Shown here: positions 63,203-64,000 of the stretch, one piece after another | How positions within the stretch are numbered: the stretch's first letter is position 1 | Layout: each line of letters begins with the position of its first letter | DNA from: a bacterium | GTDB taxonomy: Bacteria > Bacillota_I > Bacilli_A > RFN20 > CAG-826 | NCBI GenBank assembly: GCA_963611815.1 | Contig: CAVDSY010000017.1 | Span: 350 to 64,349, forward strand | Length of the DNA stretch: 64,000 nucleotides | Direction of reading: 5' to 3' | Made by a program: the position numbers and the translations under genes | The notes under the pieces: model-generated | What the model was told of the DNA's origin: nothing | The model's database searches: none | The model's input: only the letters and a program-made list of their open reading frames with translations

Positions 63203-64000
63203 TTAAGGATCTTGAGGGTTGCAGCTTTTGTTCTGGAGCTCTTTTTGCTTTTTGAGCCAGCTTTCCTCTTCGATTGATGAGGGGCCTATGCAATCGATTT
63301 TGTGCAGCGCGTTTGCGAAATCGGGGTTCGCTAACATCGCTTTAACTTCCTCTTCCGAAAGAGACTCTATGGGGCCTGGGGCTTGTGACGAAGCCTTAAA
63401 CTCCGCTGAATTGTCCTTGATTTCTTTGGCCAAGCGCCTGGTTGCTGGCCTCGCTTGTATTCCTAGCAAGATCATAATCACCCCCAAGGCCAAGGAACCG
63501 GCCATTGTGAGCCATGACATTATGGTGATCGCCTGCTCCATCCACGCGAATTTGCAATAGAGGTTAATCAAAAGAAAAATCGAGAACAGCGAATAGACGC
63601 CCACCAGCATATCCAAGGAAGATACGGCGATGCTGAATGGCTTGTTTTTCTTTTGCGAGGCGATGTAGTTCTTGATGCAAAGGAAAAGGCGGAACAAGCC
63701 GTGGATGATCTGAAGGCCAAGGACGAAGGCTCCGCTTTGCTGCATCTCTTGCCTGCTCATCCAGAATAGGCCGTAAGCAAAAAGGACGGATAAGCCCGCC
63801 AGCAGGGCTCCAACATATAAGAGGATTTTGTTCTCTTCGGCTTCGGCTAGACGTTTGTTGTAAACGTGGCGATGGATGGCGTTTTTCCATAGCAAAGCGC
63901 TGAGTCTGATTAGACCGAGGGATAGATAGATGATCGCGATGCCTGCGTATGCGGGGTTCTTTTCTTTGATTGCCGTGATGGTTGAGACGATGAAAGTCAT
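63203..64000 (-). CDS. Polytopic membrane protein of unknown function with a soluble C-terminal tail (N-terminus may lie beyond the window)
   Basis: About 6 hydrophobic segments, then a hydrophilic tail (ATRRLAKEIKDNSAEF...). The ORF reaches the window edge. Confidence 0.5.
   Translation of the reverse strand: MTFIVSTITAIKEKNPAYAGIAIIYLSLGLIRLSALLWKNAIHRHVYNKRLAEAEENKILLYVGALLAGLSVLFAYGLFWMSRQEMQQSGAFVLGLQIIHGLFRLFLCIKNYIASQKKNKPFSIAVSSLDMLVGVYSLFSIFLLINLYCKFAWMEQAITIMSWLTMAGSLALGVIMILLGIQARPATRRLAKEIKDNSAEFKASSQAPGPIESLSEEEVKAMLANPDFANALHKIDCIGPSSIEEESWLKKQKELQNKSCNPQDP

Noticed and set aside
1-64000. Mollicutes-type genetic code (TGA read as Trp), considered because of the giant lipoproteins and fused ABC proteins.
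   Set aside because: Many genes end at TGA exactly where conserved proteins end, often in ATGA or TGATG overlaps with the next gene (sufC/sufD, sufD/sufS, mnmG/rsmG, miaB/miaA, ychF/ispF). Standard-code ORFs give full-length conserved proteins.
1-64000. CRISPR arrays, transposases, integrases, prophage or toxin-antitoxin modules, and tRNA/rRNA genes.
   Set aside because: No regularly spaced direct repeats longer than the short array at 2568-2648 were seen. No ORF carries DDE, tyrosine- or serine-recombinase or Cas motifs. No cloverleaf-like GTTCGAATC T-arm sequences were spotted on reading through.

Overview
This is a chromosomal segment with standard genetic code: TGA acts as a stop in many overlapping stop/start junctions. 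It is densely packed with about 60 mostly housekeeping genes. The lineage looks Firmicutes-like. Supporting signs are a type-B RNase P RNA very close to the Bacillus subtilis sequence, RNA polymerase delta subunit, GpsB and RecU. Bacillus-like gene order is also kept: pgsA-cinA-recA...rny-ymdB-miaB, dnaD-nth-recU, gpsB-rnpB and mnmG-rsmG-soj-spo0J. Recognisable blocks, in order:
- A capsule-type regulatory island (LMW-PTP, BY-kinase, Wzz, UppP, Glf).
- A DUF1538 membrane protein with two PII-like proteins, convergent on an antiporter that has its own small partner protein.
- gpmA, a glycolipid-type pair (flippase-like protein plus GT4), recX and yhaM.
- Two giant lipoproteins.
- sufCDSUB, mnmG-rsmG-parAB, cmk-der and hup.
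- dnaD-nth-recU, rnpB, pgsA-cinA-recA, a PPi-type pfk, rny-ymdB-miaB-miaA and fhs.
- Two fused ATPase-FtsX ABC proteins.
- csp, ychF, ispF, argS, rpoE, a DHH phosphoesterase, an IMPase-family phosphatase, a TetR regulator, an Nfu-like protein and pepF.

I found no CRISPR array, transposase, integrase, tRNA/rRNA gene or classical defence island.

The most unusual items are:
- The transporter/PII-like cluster at 7.6-11.9 kb.
- MiaB fused to a YmcA/RicA-like domain next to rny-ymdB.
- The translationally coupled DUF951 plus paired MacB-type ABC proteins.
- The tandem PrsA-like giant lipoproteins.
- A half-length CCA-enzyme homologue.
- A recurrent promoter -10 box 6-7 nt upstream of the start codon, suggesting leaderless mRNAs.
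- A decayed region at 1.5-2.8 kb containing a short operator/iteron-like repeat array.

All family calls rest on motif recognition by eye; no database search was run.
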